A DNA stretch of 64,000 bases from an uncultured Chloroflexia bacterium (GTDB lineage: Bacteria; Chloroflexota; Limnocylindria; Limnocylindrales; CSP1-4), in NCBI GenBank assembly GCA_963813335.1, contig CAWEYL010000002.1, positions 66,923 through 130,922 on the forward strand, given 5' to 3'. The notes below the pieces were generated by a model that made no database searches, had not been told where the DNA came from, and saw nothing but the letters and a program-made list of their open reading frames with translations. The translations under genes and the position numbers were made by a program. This document shows, in pieces, positions 10,963 through 26,681 of this stretch (positions are counted from its first letter, which is position 1; each line of letters opens with the position of its first letter).

Positions 10963-12864
10963 TCAGTTGCTCTGGTAGAAGTTGCCGCGCTTGAGCAGGT
11001 CGAAGTTGCGGTAGTCCTTCTTGATCCCGTAGTGGAGCTGGAAGAAGTACTTCACGATCTCCGTCGCCGCGTTGCCCTTGGTGCGCGAGTCGTAGGCGAA
11101 CGCGAGCACGACGAGCTTGGAGTCGCCCTTGTCGAACGAGCCGTTGTACGGGTCCTTGGGCGTGAAGCCGATGAACCACGAGTGGAACGGCAGGCGCCCC
11201 TTGCTGTCACGGGTGCCGAACTCTGCCGTCCCGGACTTGCCCGCGATCTTGATCGGGAGGTCGACGAGGTTGTACGTGTGGCGGACCAGGACGACGTTGC
11301 GGGCCGCCAGGCGCATCGTCTTGAGGACGCCGGACGGCACCTTGAGCTTGTGGAGGAGGATCGGCTTGAAGGGGCGCACCACGGTCCCGTCGGGGCCGGT
11401 GACCTGGCGGACGACCTGCGGCTGGTAGAGCTTCCCGCCGTTCGCGAGCGCCGCGTACGCGTTGATCAGCTGGATCGGCGTGACGACGTCGTAGCCCTGC
11501 CCGATACCGGCCTGGTAGGTCTCGCCGGCGAACATCGGAGCGCCGAGCGTGGCCTGCTTCCATTCGTTCGTCGGGACGATGCCGGAGACCTCGCCGGGAA
11601 GGTCGATCCCGGTCGGCGCGCCGAAGCCGAAGTTCTTCGCCCAGTACCCGAGCCGGTCGCTGCCCAGCATGCCGGCCAGCTGGTAGAAATACGTGTCGCT
11701 CGAGTGGCCGAACCCGCAGTAGATGTCGCAGGGACCGAAGCCGCGATGGTTCCAGTCGTAGAACTTCGTCGCGCCGAGCGTGAGGAAGCCCTTGGTGGGA
11801 ACCAGGGTGGTGGCCTTGACCTTGCCGTCCGCGAGGGCCCCGGAACCCGTGACGAGCTTGTACGTGGAGCCGGGCGGGTAGTGGGCCATCGTGGCGTGGT
11901 TGAGCAACGGCAGGTTCGGGTCCTTCGCGAGGGCCTGGAAGGCCTTGGTGCTGATCCCGCGGGCGAACAGGTTGTTGTCGTACGTGGGGAGGCTGACCAT
12001 CGCGAGCACTTCGCCGGTCTGCGGGTTCATCGCGATGAGGACGCCGCGTTTCAGGCCGATCGCCTTCATGCCCCACTTGAGTGCCTTCTGCGCGTCCTGC
12101 TGCACTTTCGTGTCGATCGTCAGGGTCAGCGAATCACCTGGCTGGACCTGCGTGACGGTCTGGAGGACCTGCGTCTTCTGGCCCCGGGCGTTCCGCTCGA
12201 CGGTCTGGGCGCCGTAGACGCCGCGCAACTCGGTCTCGTAGGAGGACTCCACGCCGGCCTTGCCGACCAGGTCGTCGGGCAGATAGCCGCGCTCCTTGAG
12301 CAGCGTGAGCTGTTCGGCCGAGACGGGTCCCGTGTAGCCGATGATCTGGGACATCAGCGGTCCGTCGGTGTACTGACGGCGTGCCTCGACGACCACCTCC
12401 ACCCCTGGGAGCTGGGTGGACGACTCCTGGATCAGGCGTGCCGTGTCGGGGTTGACGTCCTCCGCGATGCGGACGAGGTCGAACGCGGACCCCGGATTGC
12501 TGTCGATCGCGGTGTTGATCGTGGCGGGGTCGATCTTGAGCATGGCGGCCAGCCGCTGCACGACCTCGGGCCGGAGGTCGACCGGGAGATCGGTGGGCCG
12601 GAGCTTCACGGCGAACGTGGGGATGTTGGTGACCAGCGCACGGCCGTTCCGGTCGTAGATCAGGCCGCGTGGCGACGGGATCTCCTCGACCACCGTCCGG
12701 TTCTTGGTCGCGAGGGCCGAGAACTGGTTGCCGTTGACGATCTGGAGGTAGAAGAGCCGCGCGGTCAAGGTGCTCATCGCGATGATCACGATCAAGCCGA
12801 AGACCAGGAAGCGCGAGAGCTGCTTCGCCGGTGCGGCGCGCTCGCCGCCGATGTACGAGCTCAC
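10963..12864 (-). CDS. mrdA: Penicillin-binding protein 2
   Basis: N-terminal TM, RGLIYDRNG, SxxK (GSTYK), SSDTYFY, KSGTAE. Confidence 0.93.
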   Translation of the reverse strand: MSSYIGGERAAPAKQLSRFLVFGLIVIIAMSTLTARLFYLQIVNGNQFSALATKNRTVVEEIPSPRGLIYDRNGRALVTNIPTFAVKLRPTDLPVDLRPEVVQRLAAMLKIDPATINTAIDSNPGSAFDLVRIAEDVNPDTARLIQESSTQLPGVEVVVEARRQYTDGPLMSQIIGYTGPVSAEQLTLLKERGYLPDDLVGKAGVESSYETELRGVYGAQTVERNARGQKTQVLQTVTQVQPGDSLTLTIDTKVQQDAQKALKWGMKAIGLKRGVLIAMNPQTGEVLAMVSLPTYDNNLFARGISTKAFQALAKDPNLPLLNHATMAHYPPGSTYKLVTGSGALADGKVKATTLVPTKGFLTLGATKFYDWNHRGFGPCDIYCGFGHSSDTYFYQLAGMLGSDRLGYWAKNFGFGAPTGIDLPGEVSGIVPTNEWKQATLGAPMFAGETYQAGIGQGYDVVTPIQLINAYAALANGGKLYQPQVVRQVTGPDGTVVRPFKPILLHKLKVPSGVLKTMRLAARNVVLVRHTYNLVDLPIKIAGKSGTAEFGTRDSKGRLPFHSWFIGFTPKDPYNGSFDKGDSKLVVLAFAYDSRTKGNAATEIVKYFFQLHYGIKKDYRNFDLLKRGNFYQSN

Positions 12865-13364
12865 CAGTCGACCCGGTCGCGCTGCGCACGACGATCGTGG
12901 ACCGAGACGGCGAGGGGCCCGACGATCGCGGCCAGGATCGCGTCATAGACGGCGCCCGGAAGCACGATCCCGAGCGGGTCGGTGATCGGAAGCGGCGGAC
13001 GAAGGGCTCCGACGAGCGTGAACAACATCATCGAATACGCGATGCTCAAGACGAAGGTGGCGATGATCGGTGCGAGTGGCCTGATCCGTGCGAGAAGTCG
13101 ACCGATGACGGCCGCACCGCCCACACAGAGGAGCAATGCGAACGCCGTCGACCCGAGGGGTCGGTCAGCCAGGACATCAAGTCCCAGCCCACCGACGAAG
13201 GCCCAAACCAGTCCCGGTTCGAGACCCACGACGATGGTGACGACGACCGCTCCCACCAGCACGAGGTGCGGCTGAGCGTCGCCGACGCGAAGATACGGTG
13301 TTCCTACGGTCAGTTCGAACAGGGCCGCCACTGTCGCACCGACTGCAGCGAGCAGCAGGGTCAT
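12861..13364 (-). CDS. mreD: Rod shape-determining protein MreD
   Basis: Small polytopic protein with QPHLVLV, WAFVGGLGLDVL..PLG; overlaps the mrdA start. Confidence 0.8.
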   Translation of the reverse strand: MTLLLAAVGATVAALFELTVGTPYLRVGDAQPHLVLVGAVVVTIVVGLEPGLVWAFVGGLGLDVLADRPLGSTAFALLLCVGGAAVIGRLLARIRPLAPIIATFVLSIAYSMMLFTLVGALRPPLPITDPLGIVLPGAVYDAILAAIVGPLAVSVHDRRAQRDRVDW

Positions 13365-13534
13365 GGAGCGTTCGATCCTCGGCGAGACGTCCGAAGGTCG
13401 CGCGCCCGCTGACGCGGCACTCGACACGATCGAAACGGCGGCGACGTCGCGGGCAGTATCCCACGGAGCGCTCGAAACGGGCAACGGCCCGTCTGACGGC
13501 GCCGGTTCACGGTCGGCGGCGCCGGTGCGCGGCC

Positions 13535-13550
13535 TGTTTCACGTGAAACA
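13535..13550. promoter_or_regulatory. parS centromere site
   Basis: Perfect palindrome TGTTTCACGTGAAACA matching the canonical parS, about 185 bp upstream of parA. Confidence 0.95.
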
Positions 13551-13691
13551 CCTCGTCGATCGTGCGGGGTCGTCCCGTCGAACTCCCGCTACCGTGGCAT
13601 ACCAGCGCAAGGAGCCGGCGATAAGCGCCGGTGCAGGACGGCATGGGACCCTGACACCAAGCGCCCTGAAGCGAGGTCCGAGGCCGTCCGA

Positions 13692-13700
13692 TGGTAGAAT
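13692..13700 (+). promoter_or_regulatory. Putative extended -10 promoter of parAB
   Basis: TG-G-TAGAAT 35 bp before the parA start. Confidence 0.55.
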
Positions 13701-13735
13701 CAATGACCGTGAGAGCGTTCCAGGCAGGTCACTGA

Positions 13736-14595
13736 GTGGGCCAGACGATCGCCTGCGCAAACCAGAAGGGCGGTGTCGGCAAGACCACGTCGGTGGTCAG
13801 CATCGCGAGCTATCTGGCCATCGCCGGTGACCGGGTCCTCGTCATCGACCTCGACCCACAGGGCAACGCCACCAGTGGGTTCGGCCTTGATCGCTCGCTC
13901 CTCGACCGATCGGTCTACGACGCGGTCATCGACGACCTGGCGCTCGAACGCCTGGTGATCGAAGGGCCGCTCGGCGTCGATCTGGTCCCGTCCTCGATCG
14001 CGCTCGCCGGAGCCGAGGTCGAACTGGCGCCCATCGAAGCCCGTGAGCGACGCCTCGCCCGCCTGATCGCCGATCTCCCGGCCAGATACGACCACATCTT
14101 CATCGACTGCCCGCCGTCACTCGGTCTGCTGACCGTGAATGCCCTCACCGCCGCCGATTCCGTGCTCATCCCGCTGCAATGCGAGTACTACGCCCTGGAA
14201 GGATTGACCCAGCTGCTAGCCACGATCGACCTCGTTCGAGACCACCTGAACCCCGCGCTCGCCATCGACGGCGTCCTCTTGACGATGTACGACGGCCGGA
14301 CGAACCTGTCCGCGGAGGTCGCGGCCGAGGTTCGACGCCATCTGGGGCCGCTCGTCTACGACACGGTCATCCCGCGCAGCGTGCGGCTCTCCGAGGCCCC
14401 GAGCCACGGCCAGCCGATCGCCACGTACCGGCCCGACTCCCCCGGTGCGGTCGCCTACCGGCGCGCCGCTGACGAGTTCCGCGAGCGCCACGCGAACCGC
14501 AGCGCCCGCCCGCCGATGCCGGTGATGGCCCCGCTGGGTGCGCCGCACGACGACGCCGACGGTTCGGTGGCCGTGCGCGAACCGGCGGTGGTGGC

Positions 14596-14599
<4 letters not shown>
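13736..14599 (+). CDS. parA: Chromosome partitioning ATPase ParA/Soj
   Basis: NQKGGVGKTT, DLDPQGNAT, IDCPPSLG, QCEYYALEG, VRLSEAPSHG. Confidence 0.96.
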
Positions 14600-17924
<3,325 letters not shown>

Positions 17925-17928
<4 letters not shown>

Positions 17929-18936
17929 GCACCGTGGCCACCCCCGACGCCGAGCCCATCACCACGCCGGCCGAAACGCCCGTCAGCGAGGTGACCGCCC
18001 GTGCCGTCGCCTTCGTCGCGGCCCGCAAGCCCGCCGCCGAGGCCCTCGGTGCCAGCCTTGCCGACGAGGTCAACGACCCCGACGCCTTTGCCGCGGCCCT
18101 GGTCGCCGGCCTGCGCTCGCTGGCCGACCCGGAATACCTCGACGGGGCCGCAGCGGGTGGCACCCGGCATCGGCGCCATCTACGGCGTCCGCTGGCCACT
18201 GATGGCGGCGATCGCCCGCGGCTTCCGCGGGGCGACCCGCGACGTGCGGCCGGCACCGGTCCTGTTCGTCGCCGACCGCCTGTTCCGCGAGGACCACCTC
18301 GAACCGCGCTGGTTCGCCTTCGGCCTGCTCGAGCGGACGCTCGGGCCGGATCCCGAGCGCACGTGGCAGCTCCTCCGCCGTGCCGCTCGCGAGGCGGACG
18401 ACTGGATCACGGTCGATACCCTCGCCCACCCGTACGGGCAGGGCATCCTCGCGGAGCCATACCGCTGGGCCGAGCTCGAGCAGCTGGTCTTCTCGCCGTC
18501 GCGCTGGGAGCGCCGCCTCGTCGGCTCGACGATCGCGACCATGCCCCACGTGGACCGCCGGCGCGGTCGCGATCCGGAGGTCGCCGCGCAGGCCATTACG
18601 CTCCTCGGGCAGCTCATGGGCGATGCCGAGCCCGACGTCCAGAAGGCCCTGTCGTGGGCCTGGCGCTCGCTGACGGCCGTGGACATGGGCGCCACCGTCG
18701 AGGCCCTCAGAGCGGAGACCGACCTCGCGGCGGCCAGCCACGACGGCTACCGCGCCTGGGTCATCCGCGACGCGCTCACCAAGCTCGACCCGGCCGTCGC
18801 CGAAGACCTCCGGACCCAGCTCGCGGGCATCCGCCGCCAGGCCGGGGCACCATCGACCTCCGAGGGCGCGCGCACCGCGGCCCGCTTCGGCGGGCTCCCG
18901 GATCCCGCCGCCTTCCCCGAACCGCCACTCACCTGA
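17925..18936 (+). CDS. AlkD-like HEAT-repeat DNA alkylation repair protein (extra base near 18147)
   Basis: IYGVRWP, DWITVDTLA, SRWERR, DAEPDVQKALSWAWR; N-part in a different frame from GTG 17925. Confidence 0.75.
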
Positions 18937-18962
18937 CCGATCCCTTCGAGGAGTAGCCGACC

Positions 18963-21528
<2,566 letters not shown>

Positions 21529-21535
21529 TGCCGGC

Positions 21536-22660
21536 GTGAGGGTCTTCGGCGAACGGGAGCAGCCCTTGTACGCGGACCAGTTCGAGATCTACTTCGGGAA
21601 CGCCAACCCGGACCTGGCACGCAAGATCTGCAGCTACCTCGGCACCCAGCCCGGGCGCGCCGAGGTGTTCCAGTTCGCCAACGAGAACATCTTCGTCAAG
21701 ATCCTCGAGAACGTCCGCGAGAAGGACGTCTTCCTCGTGCAGCCCACGAGCCACCCGGTCAACCAGTCGATCATGGAACTGCTGATCATGATCGACGCGT
21801 TCAAGCGCGCCAGCGCCGGCCGGATCACCGCGGTGATCCCGTTCTACGCCTACGGCCGCTCGGACAAGAAGGACCAGCCGCGCGTCCCGATCACGGCCCG
21901 CCTCATCGCCGACATGATCACCGTCGCCGGCGCGGACCGCGTCCTGACCATGGACCTCCACCAGGGCCAGATCCAGGGCTTCTTCAACATCCCGGTCGAC
22001 GAGCTGACCGCGGTCCACATGCTCTCGAACTACTACCGCTACAAGAAGATCGACGACCCGGTGGTGGTCACCGACCTCGGCTTCGCCAAGCGCGCTCGCG
22101 CGTTCGCGGAGCTGCTCGACGCCCCGCTGGCCATCATCGAGAAGCGGCGGGTCGGCAACCTCGACCGGGCCGAGCTGATGAACGTCATCGGCGACGTGCG
22201 CGGCAAGCGCGCGATCATCGTCGACGACGAGATCGACACCGCCGGGACGCTCGTCGAGATCGTCCGCGCGCTCGAGCGCGAGGGCGTCACCGAGATCTAC
22301 GCGTGCGCCACCCACGGCGTCCTGAGCGACCCTGCGATCGACCGCATCGCGGCCTCGTCGCTCATCGAGGTGGTCCTCACCGACTCCATCCCGCTCCCCG
22401 AGCGGAAGCGGATCCCCAAGATCACGACCCTCTCGGTCGCGCCGCTCATCGGCGAGGCCATCAAGCGCATCCACCGCGGTGAATCGGTCGGCGCGCTCTT
22501 CTCGAGCGAGGTCGCCCTGACCCAGGAGATGCTGCTCTGGGAGGACGGCAACGAGGGCCACATCGACACGCGCGAGGACGACGGTGCCGAGGGCGGCTCC
22601 GGCGACGACGGAGAGCCCTCAACAGGCGCCCTGCTGGGCGCGACCCCGGGAGACCGATGA
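21536..22660 (+). CDS. prs: Ribose-phosphate pyrophosphokinase
   Basis: FANENIFV, PFYAYGRSDKK, DLHQGQIQGFF, VDDEIDTAGT, CATHGV; start uncertain. Confidence 0.93.
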   Translation: MRVFGEREQPLYADQFEIYFGNANPDLARKICSYLGTQPGRAEVFQFANENIFVKILENVREKDVFLVQPTSHPVNQSIMELLIMIDAFKRASAGRITAVIPFYAYGRSDKKDQPRVPITARLIADMITVAGADRVLTMDLHQGQIQGFFNIPVDELTAVHMLSNYYRYKKIDDPVVVTDLGFAKRARAFAELLDAPLAIIEKRRVGNLDRAELMNVIGDVRGKRAIIVDDEIDTAGTLVEIVRALEREGVTEIYACATHGVLSDPAIDRIAASSLIEVVLTDSIPLPERKRIPKITTLSVAPLIGEAIKRIHRGESVGALFSSEVALTQEMLLWEDGNEGHIDTREDDGAEGGSGDDGEPSTGALLGATPGDR

Positions 22661-22908
22661 GCCTGCAGCTGCACCAGCCGGATGGCGAGGGCGGCCTCGA
22701 GCCGCGACCGGTAGACGACCGGCAATGGCGCGACCAGCTCCGCTCGACGCGCTGGGGGCGGCAGTTGCCCGGCGAGCGGCCGCCGGCCCTCAAGAACCCC
22801 GAGATGAAGCCGACGTCGCGCCTCATGTCGGTGGTGTTCTGGGCCGGCCTCGGGCTGCTGACGTTCGTGATCCTGTTCGTGGGGTACCGCACCGGCTTCT
22901 GGGGCTGA
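22657..22908 (+). CDS. Small membrane protein of unknown function (one C-terminal TM)
   Basis: ATGA overlap with the prs stop; hydrophobic VVFWAGLGLLTFVILFVGY; host-like codon usage. Confidence 0.65.
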   Translation: MSLQLHQPDGEGGLEPRPVDDRQWRDQLRSTRWGRQLPGERPPALKNPEMKPTSRLMSVVFWAGLGLLTFVILFVGYRTGFWG

Positions 22909-22957
22909 TCCCGCCCGGAGGGGGCCGGCGCCTCCGCCCCGTATACTTGGCCGTCCC

Positions 22958-25900
22958 ATGAAGTTCTTCTCCCGTTTCGTCGACTCGAACGACCGCGAGA
23001 TCCGACGCATCCAGCCCCTGGTCGATGAGGCGAACGCCCTCGAGCCCGAGATCCAGGCCCTCTCCGACGACGAGATCCGGGCGCGGTTCGCGGAGATCCG
23101 CGACGAGATCCGCGAGATCGCCATCCCCGAGGAGCCGTCCGAGGACGAGCGCACGCACCCGGACCTCGAGCGCCGCCGCGAGCTGACCAAGGCCCGCCGC
23201 GACCGCGAGAACGCGGCCATCCAGAAGGCGCTCGACGAGGTCCTGCCCGAGGTCTTCGCGATGACCCGCGAGGCCATGCAGCGGACGCTCGGGATGCGCC
23301 ACTTCGACGTCCAGCTCATGGGCGGCGCCGTGCTCCACCAGGGGAGGATCGCCGAGATGCGGACCGGCGAGGGCAAGACCCTCGTCGCCCCGCTGGCCGC
23401 GATCCTCAACTCGATGTCCGGCCGCGGCGTCCACGTCGTCACGGTCAACGACTACCTGGCCCGCCGCGACCCGCAGTGGATGGGCCCGATCTTCGCCTTC
23501 CTCGGGGTCAGCGTCGGGATGATCACCCACGACGCCTCGTTCGTCTTCGAGCCGGGCTTCCCGACCAACGACGAGCGCCTCGTCAACCTGCGCCCCGTGT
23601 CGCGGGCCGAGGCCTACGCCGCGGACGTCACCTACGGCACCAACAACGAGTTCGGGTTCGACTACCTGCGCGACAACATGGTCATCGAGCTCGACCAGCG
23701 GGTGCAGCGCGAGCGCAGCTTCGCGATCGTCGACGAGGTCGACAACATCCTCATCGACGAGGCGCGCACGCCGCTGATCATCAGCGGCCAGGCCGAGGAG
23801 TCGGCCGACCTCTACTTCACGTTCGCCCGGCTCGTGCCGCGCCTCAAGGAGCGGCGGTCCGATTGGGTCGAGGGCGATCCGCCCGACGGCGACTACTTCA
23901 TCGACCTCAAGGACAAGGCCGTCTCCTCGACCGAGGAGGGCGTCGAGAAGATGGAGGGCTGGCTCGGCGTCGAGAACATGTACGACGCCGACCCGCGGCT
24001 GGCCCGCCACTTCGAGCAGGCGCTGCGCGCGCACGCCCTGTACAAGCGCGACCGCGACTACATCGTCAAGGACGGCGAGATCATCATCGTCGACGAGTTC
24101 ACCGGGCGGCAGATGCCCGGCCGCCGCTGGAGCGAGGGCCTCCACCAGGCCATCGAGGCCAAGGAGGGCCTGCGCGTCCAGCGCGAGAGCGTGACCCTCG
24201 CGACGATCACGTTCCAGAACTACTTCCGCCTCTACGACAAGCTGTCCGGGATGACCGGCACGGCGATGACCGAGGCCGAGGAGTTCCACAAGATCTACAA
24301 GCTCGAGGTCGTGGCCATCCCGACCCATCGCGACATGATCCGCGAGGACGAGTCGGACCTGGTCTTCCGCGACGAGAAGGCCAAGTTCAACGCCCTCATC
24401 GAGGAGATCGTCGAGATGCAGGAGGCCGGGCGGCCGGTCCTGGTCGGCACGGTCAGCGTCGAGAAGTCCGAGATCCTCTCCACGATGCTCGGCCGGCGCG
24501 GCATCGAGCACCAGACGCTGAACGCCAAGTTCCACGAGAAGGAGTCCGGGGTGGTCGCCCAGGCCGGGCGCACCGGCGCCGTGACCATCGCCACCAACAT
24601 GGCCGGCCGCGGCACCGACATCCTGCTCGGCGGCAACCCGGCAGGCCTCGCCTCGGAGCTGCTCCACAAGCGCGGCCTCAACCCGGCCGAGGTGGACCCC
24701 GAGACCTACAGCGCCGCGCTCGCCGAGGCGAAGGCCGTCACCGAGGAGGACCACGTCCGCGTGGTCGAGGCGGGCGGCCTCCACATCATCGGCACGGAGC
24801 GCCACGACTCGCGCCGGATCGACAACCAGCTGCGCGGCCGCGCCGGACGCCAGGGCGACCCCGGCTCGTCGCGCTTCTACCTGTCGCTCGACGACGACCT
24901 CATGAAGCGGTTCGCCTCGGAGCGGGTCACCAAGCTCATGGAGCGGCTCGGCCTCGACGAGGACGTCGCCATCGAGTCGAGCCTGGTGTCGCGCACGATC
25001 GAGTCGGCGCAGAGCCGCGTCGAGGGCTTCAACTTCGACATCCGCAAGCGCGTCGTGGAGTTCGACGACGTCATCAACAAGCAGCGCGAGACGATCTACG
25101 CCGAGCGCGACAAGGTCCTCCACAACGAGGACCTGACCGAGACCGTGCGGGCCTTCCTCGACGAGGAGATCGACGTCCTCGTGGACACGGACCTCGCCGG
25201 CGACGACGCGGAGGGGTGGAACCTCGAGGGGCTCTCCAACGCCCTGCACGGGATGGGCATCACCGGCGAGGGGACCTCGCCCGACGAGCTCTGGGACGCG
25301 GGCGGCCGCGATGCCATCGCCGAGCACCTGCGCGAGCTGGCCGACACCCGCCTCGATGCCCGCTCGGCCGAGGTCGGCGAGGCCGACTGGTCGACCGTCG
25401 AGCGGCTCGTCCTGGTGCGCACCATCGACTCGCTCTGGGTCGAGCACCTGACCGAGCTCGACGACATGCGCCGCGGCATCGGCCTGCGCGGGTACGCCCA
25501 GCAGGACCCGCTCAACGAGTTCCGGCGCGAGGCCTACCGCCTGTACGAGGAGCTCCGGGGGCTGATCCGCCACGGGGTGGCGTCGACGATCTTCCGGGTG
25601 ACCGTCACCCACGAGCCGCCCCAGGATCCGAGCGGCGTGAACGCGTCGCTGGCCCAGGGCGCCGCGGCGCTCGCCGGCGGCGGGAACGGCGCGGGGACGC
25701 CGGCCGCCGCGGTGGCCACTGCCGCGGCCAGGGTCGCCGCCTCCGCGCCCGGCTCGGCCGTCCTGCGCGGCGGGCCCGCGGCACCGGTCGCCCGCGGCAT
25801 CACCGAATCGCTCGGCGACCAGCCGGTCGCCCCGGCCGCCGGGACGGGCGGGAACGGCTCGGGAGCGAGCGGGGGCGCCCGCCCGGGCTACACGCCGACG

Positions 25901-25975
25901 GGCGCCCGGATCGGCCGCAACGACCCGTGCTGGTGCGGATCGGGCGCCAAGTACAAGAAGTGCCACGGCGCCTGA
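22958..25975 (+). CDS. secA: Preprotein translocase SecA
   Basis: MRTGEGKT, DEVD, NMAGRGTDI, RGRAGRQGDPG, SEC-C GRNDPCWCGSGAKYKKCHG. Confidence 0.98.
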   Translation: MKFFSRFVDSNDREIRRIQPLVDEANALEPEIQALSDDEIRARFAEIRDEIREIAIPEEPSEDERTHPDLERRRELTKARRDRENAAIQKALDEVLPEVFAMTREAMQRTLGMRHFDVQLMGGAVLHQGRIAEMRTGEGKTLVAPLAAILNSMSGRGVHVVTVNDYLARRDPQWMGPIFAFLGVSVGMITHDASFVFEPGFPTNDERLVNLRPVSRAEAYAADVTYGTNNEFGFDYLRDNMVIELDQRVQRERSFAIVDEVDNILIDEARTPLIISGQAEESADLYFTFARLVPRLKERRSDWVEGDPPDGDYFIDLKDKAVSSTEEGVEKMEGWLGVENMYDADPRLARHFEQALRAHALYKRDRDYIVKDGEIIIVDEFTGRQMPGRRWSEGLHQAIEAKEGLRVQRESVTLATITFQNYFRLYDKLSGMTGTAMTEAEEFHKIYKLEVVAIPTHRDMIREDESDLVFRDEKAKFNALIEEIVEMQEAGRPVLVGTVSVEKSEILSTMLGRRGIEHQTLNAKFHEKESGVVAQAGRTGAVTIATNMAGRGTDILLGGNPAGLASELLHKRGLNPAEVDPETYSAALAEAKAVTEEDHVRVVEAGGLHIIGTERHDSRRIDNQLRGRAGRQGDPGSSRFYLSLDDDLMKRFASERVTKLMERLGLDEDVAIESSLVSRTIESAQSRVEGFNFDIRKRVVEFDDVINKQRETIYAERDKVLHNEDLTETVRAFLDEEIDVLVDTDLAGDDAEGWNLEGLSNALHGMGITGEGTSPDELWDAGGRDAIAEHLRELADTRLDARSAEVGEADWSTVERLVLVRTIDSLWVEHLTELDDMRRGIGLRGYAQQDPLNEFRREAYRLYEELRGLIRHGVASTIFRVTVTHEPPQDPSGVNASLAQGAAALAGGGNGAGTPAAAVATAAARVAASAPGSAVLRGGPAAPVARGITESLGDQPVAPAAGTGGNGSGASGGARPGYTPTGARIGRNDPCWCGSGAKYKKCHGA

Positions 25976-26331
25976 GTCTCTGAGGACGGCCGGGCGCGGC
26001 GAGCGCTTGGTCAGTCGCTCGACCGTGCTCCGGTCCTTGCGCCGCCCCGCATTCCAGCCATCTGACCCTCAGCCGGTCGCTGGTCACGCGTCGACCCCGA
26101 CCAGGCCTCCGGCCACGCATGGGGCCACGCCGCGTTCCTGTCAGCTGATGCTCCAGGCGGCCATCTGGCACGAATCCGGTGACGAAGGACCGCCTGGTGG
26201 TCATCTGCCGGAACGGCGATCGGCTCGGCTGGTGGAACAAGCGATGCCACCCGCTCGGGATTCCGACCCTCATCGCGTCGAGAATCCTCGATTCAGGCGC
26301 GTCCCGTGCGTGACCCGGACACATTTCCCTC

Positions 26332-26360
26332 TTGGCGATAGGGATTTGGCCCCGTATACT
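26332..26360 (+). promoter_or_regulatory. Sigma70-type promoter for the Cys-rich ORF and prfB
   Basis: TTGGCG (26332-37), 17 bp, TATACT (26355-60). Confidence 0.65.
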
Positions 26361-26456
26361 CATCCAAAACCTGTCGCGACCCCAGGACCGCGCGTGTTCC
26401 CCCGACAGGCCAGCCCCAGACGAGCCGCCCCTGCCCCGCGCTAGAGAGAGGGATCC

Positions 26457-26681
26457 GTGAAGCAGGTCGAGGAAGCATCGTTCGTCGATCTCATCGCCTG
26501 TGAGCGCGACTGTCGGTCGTGCAGTTACGCGGCCGCCCTCGATTGCGATGGCAATTGCGGCGTCTGCCCTCACAACGGCTACTGCCCGTGCGTGAACCCC
26601 GTCGTCGCGCGGAGCAAGACGGCGCTGCGGCTCATCGAGCTGCGCCCGCTCCTGCTCCAGGATCTGCAGGCTCGCAACTAG
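26457..26681 (+). CDS. Small Cys-rich protein (74 aa, 8 Cys, two CxxxCxxC motifs)
   Basis: GAGGG SD before GTG, upstream promoter, CERDCRSC...CDGNCGVC...CPC; stop TAG immediately precedes the prfB GTG. Confidence 0.7.
   Translation: MKQVEEASFVDLIACERDCRSCSYAAALDCDGNCGVCPHNGYCPCVNPVVARSKTALRLIELRPLLLQDLQARN

Noticed and set aside
26007-26444. 145-aa ORF in the secA-prfB gap
   Set aside because: It has Pro/Arg-rich non-coding-like composition, no RBS, and spans a promoter.
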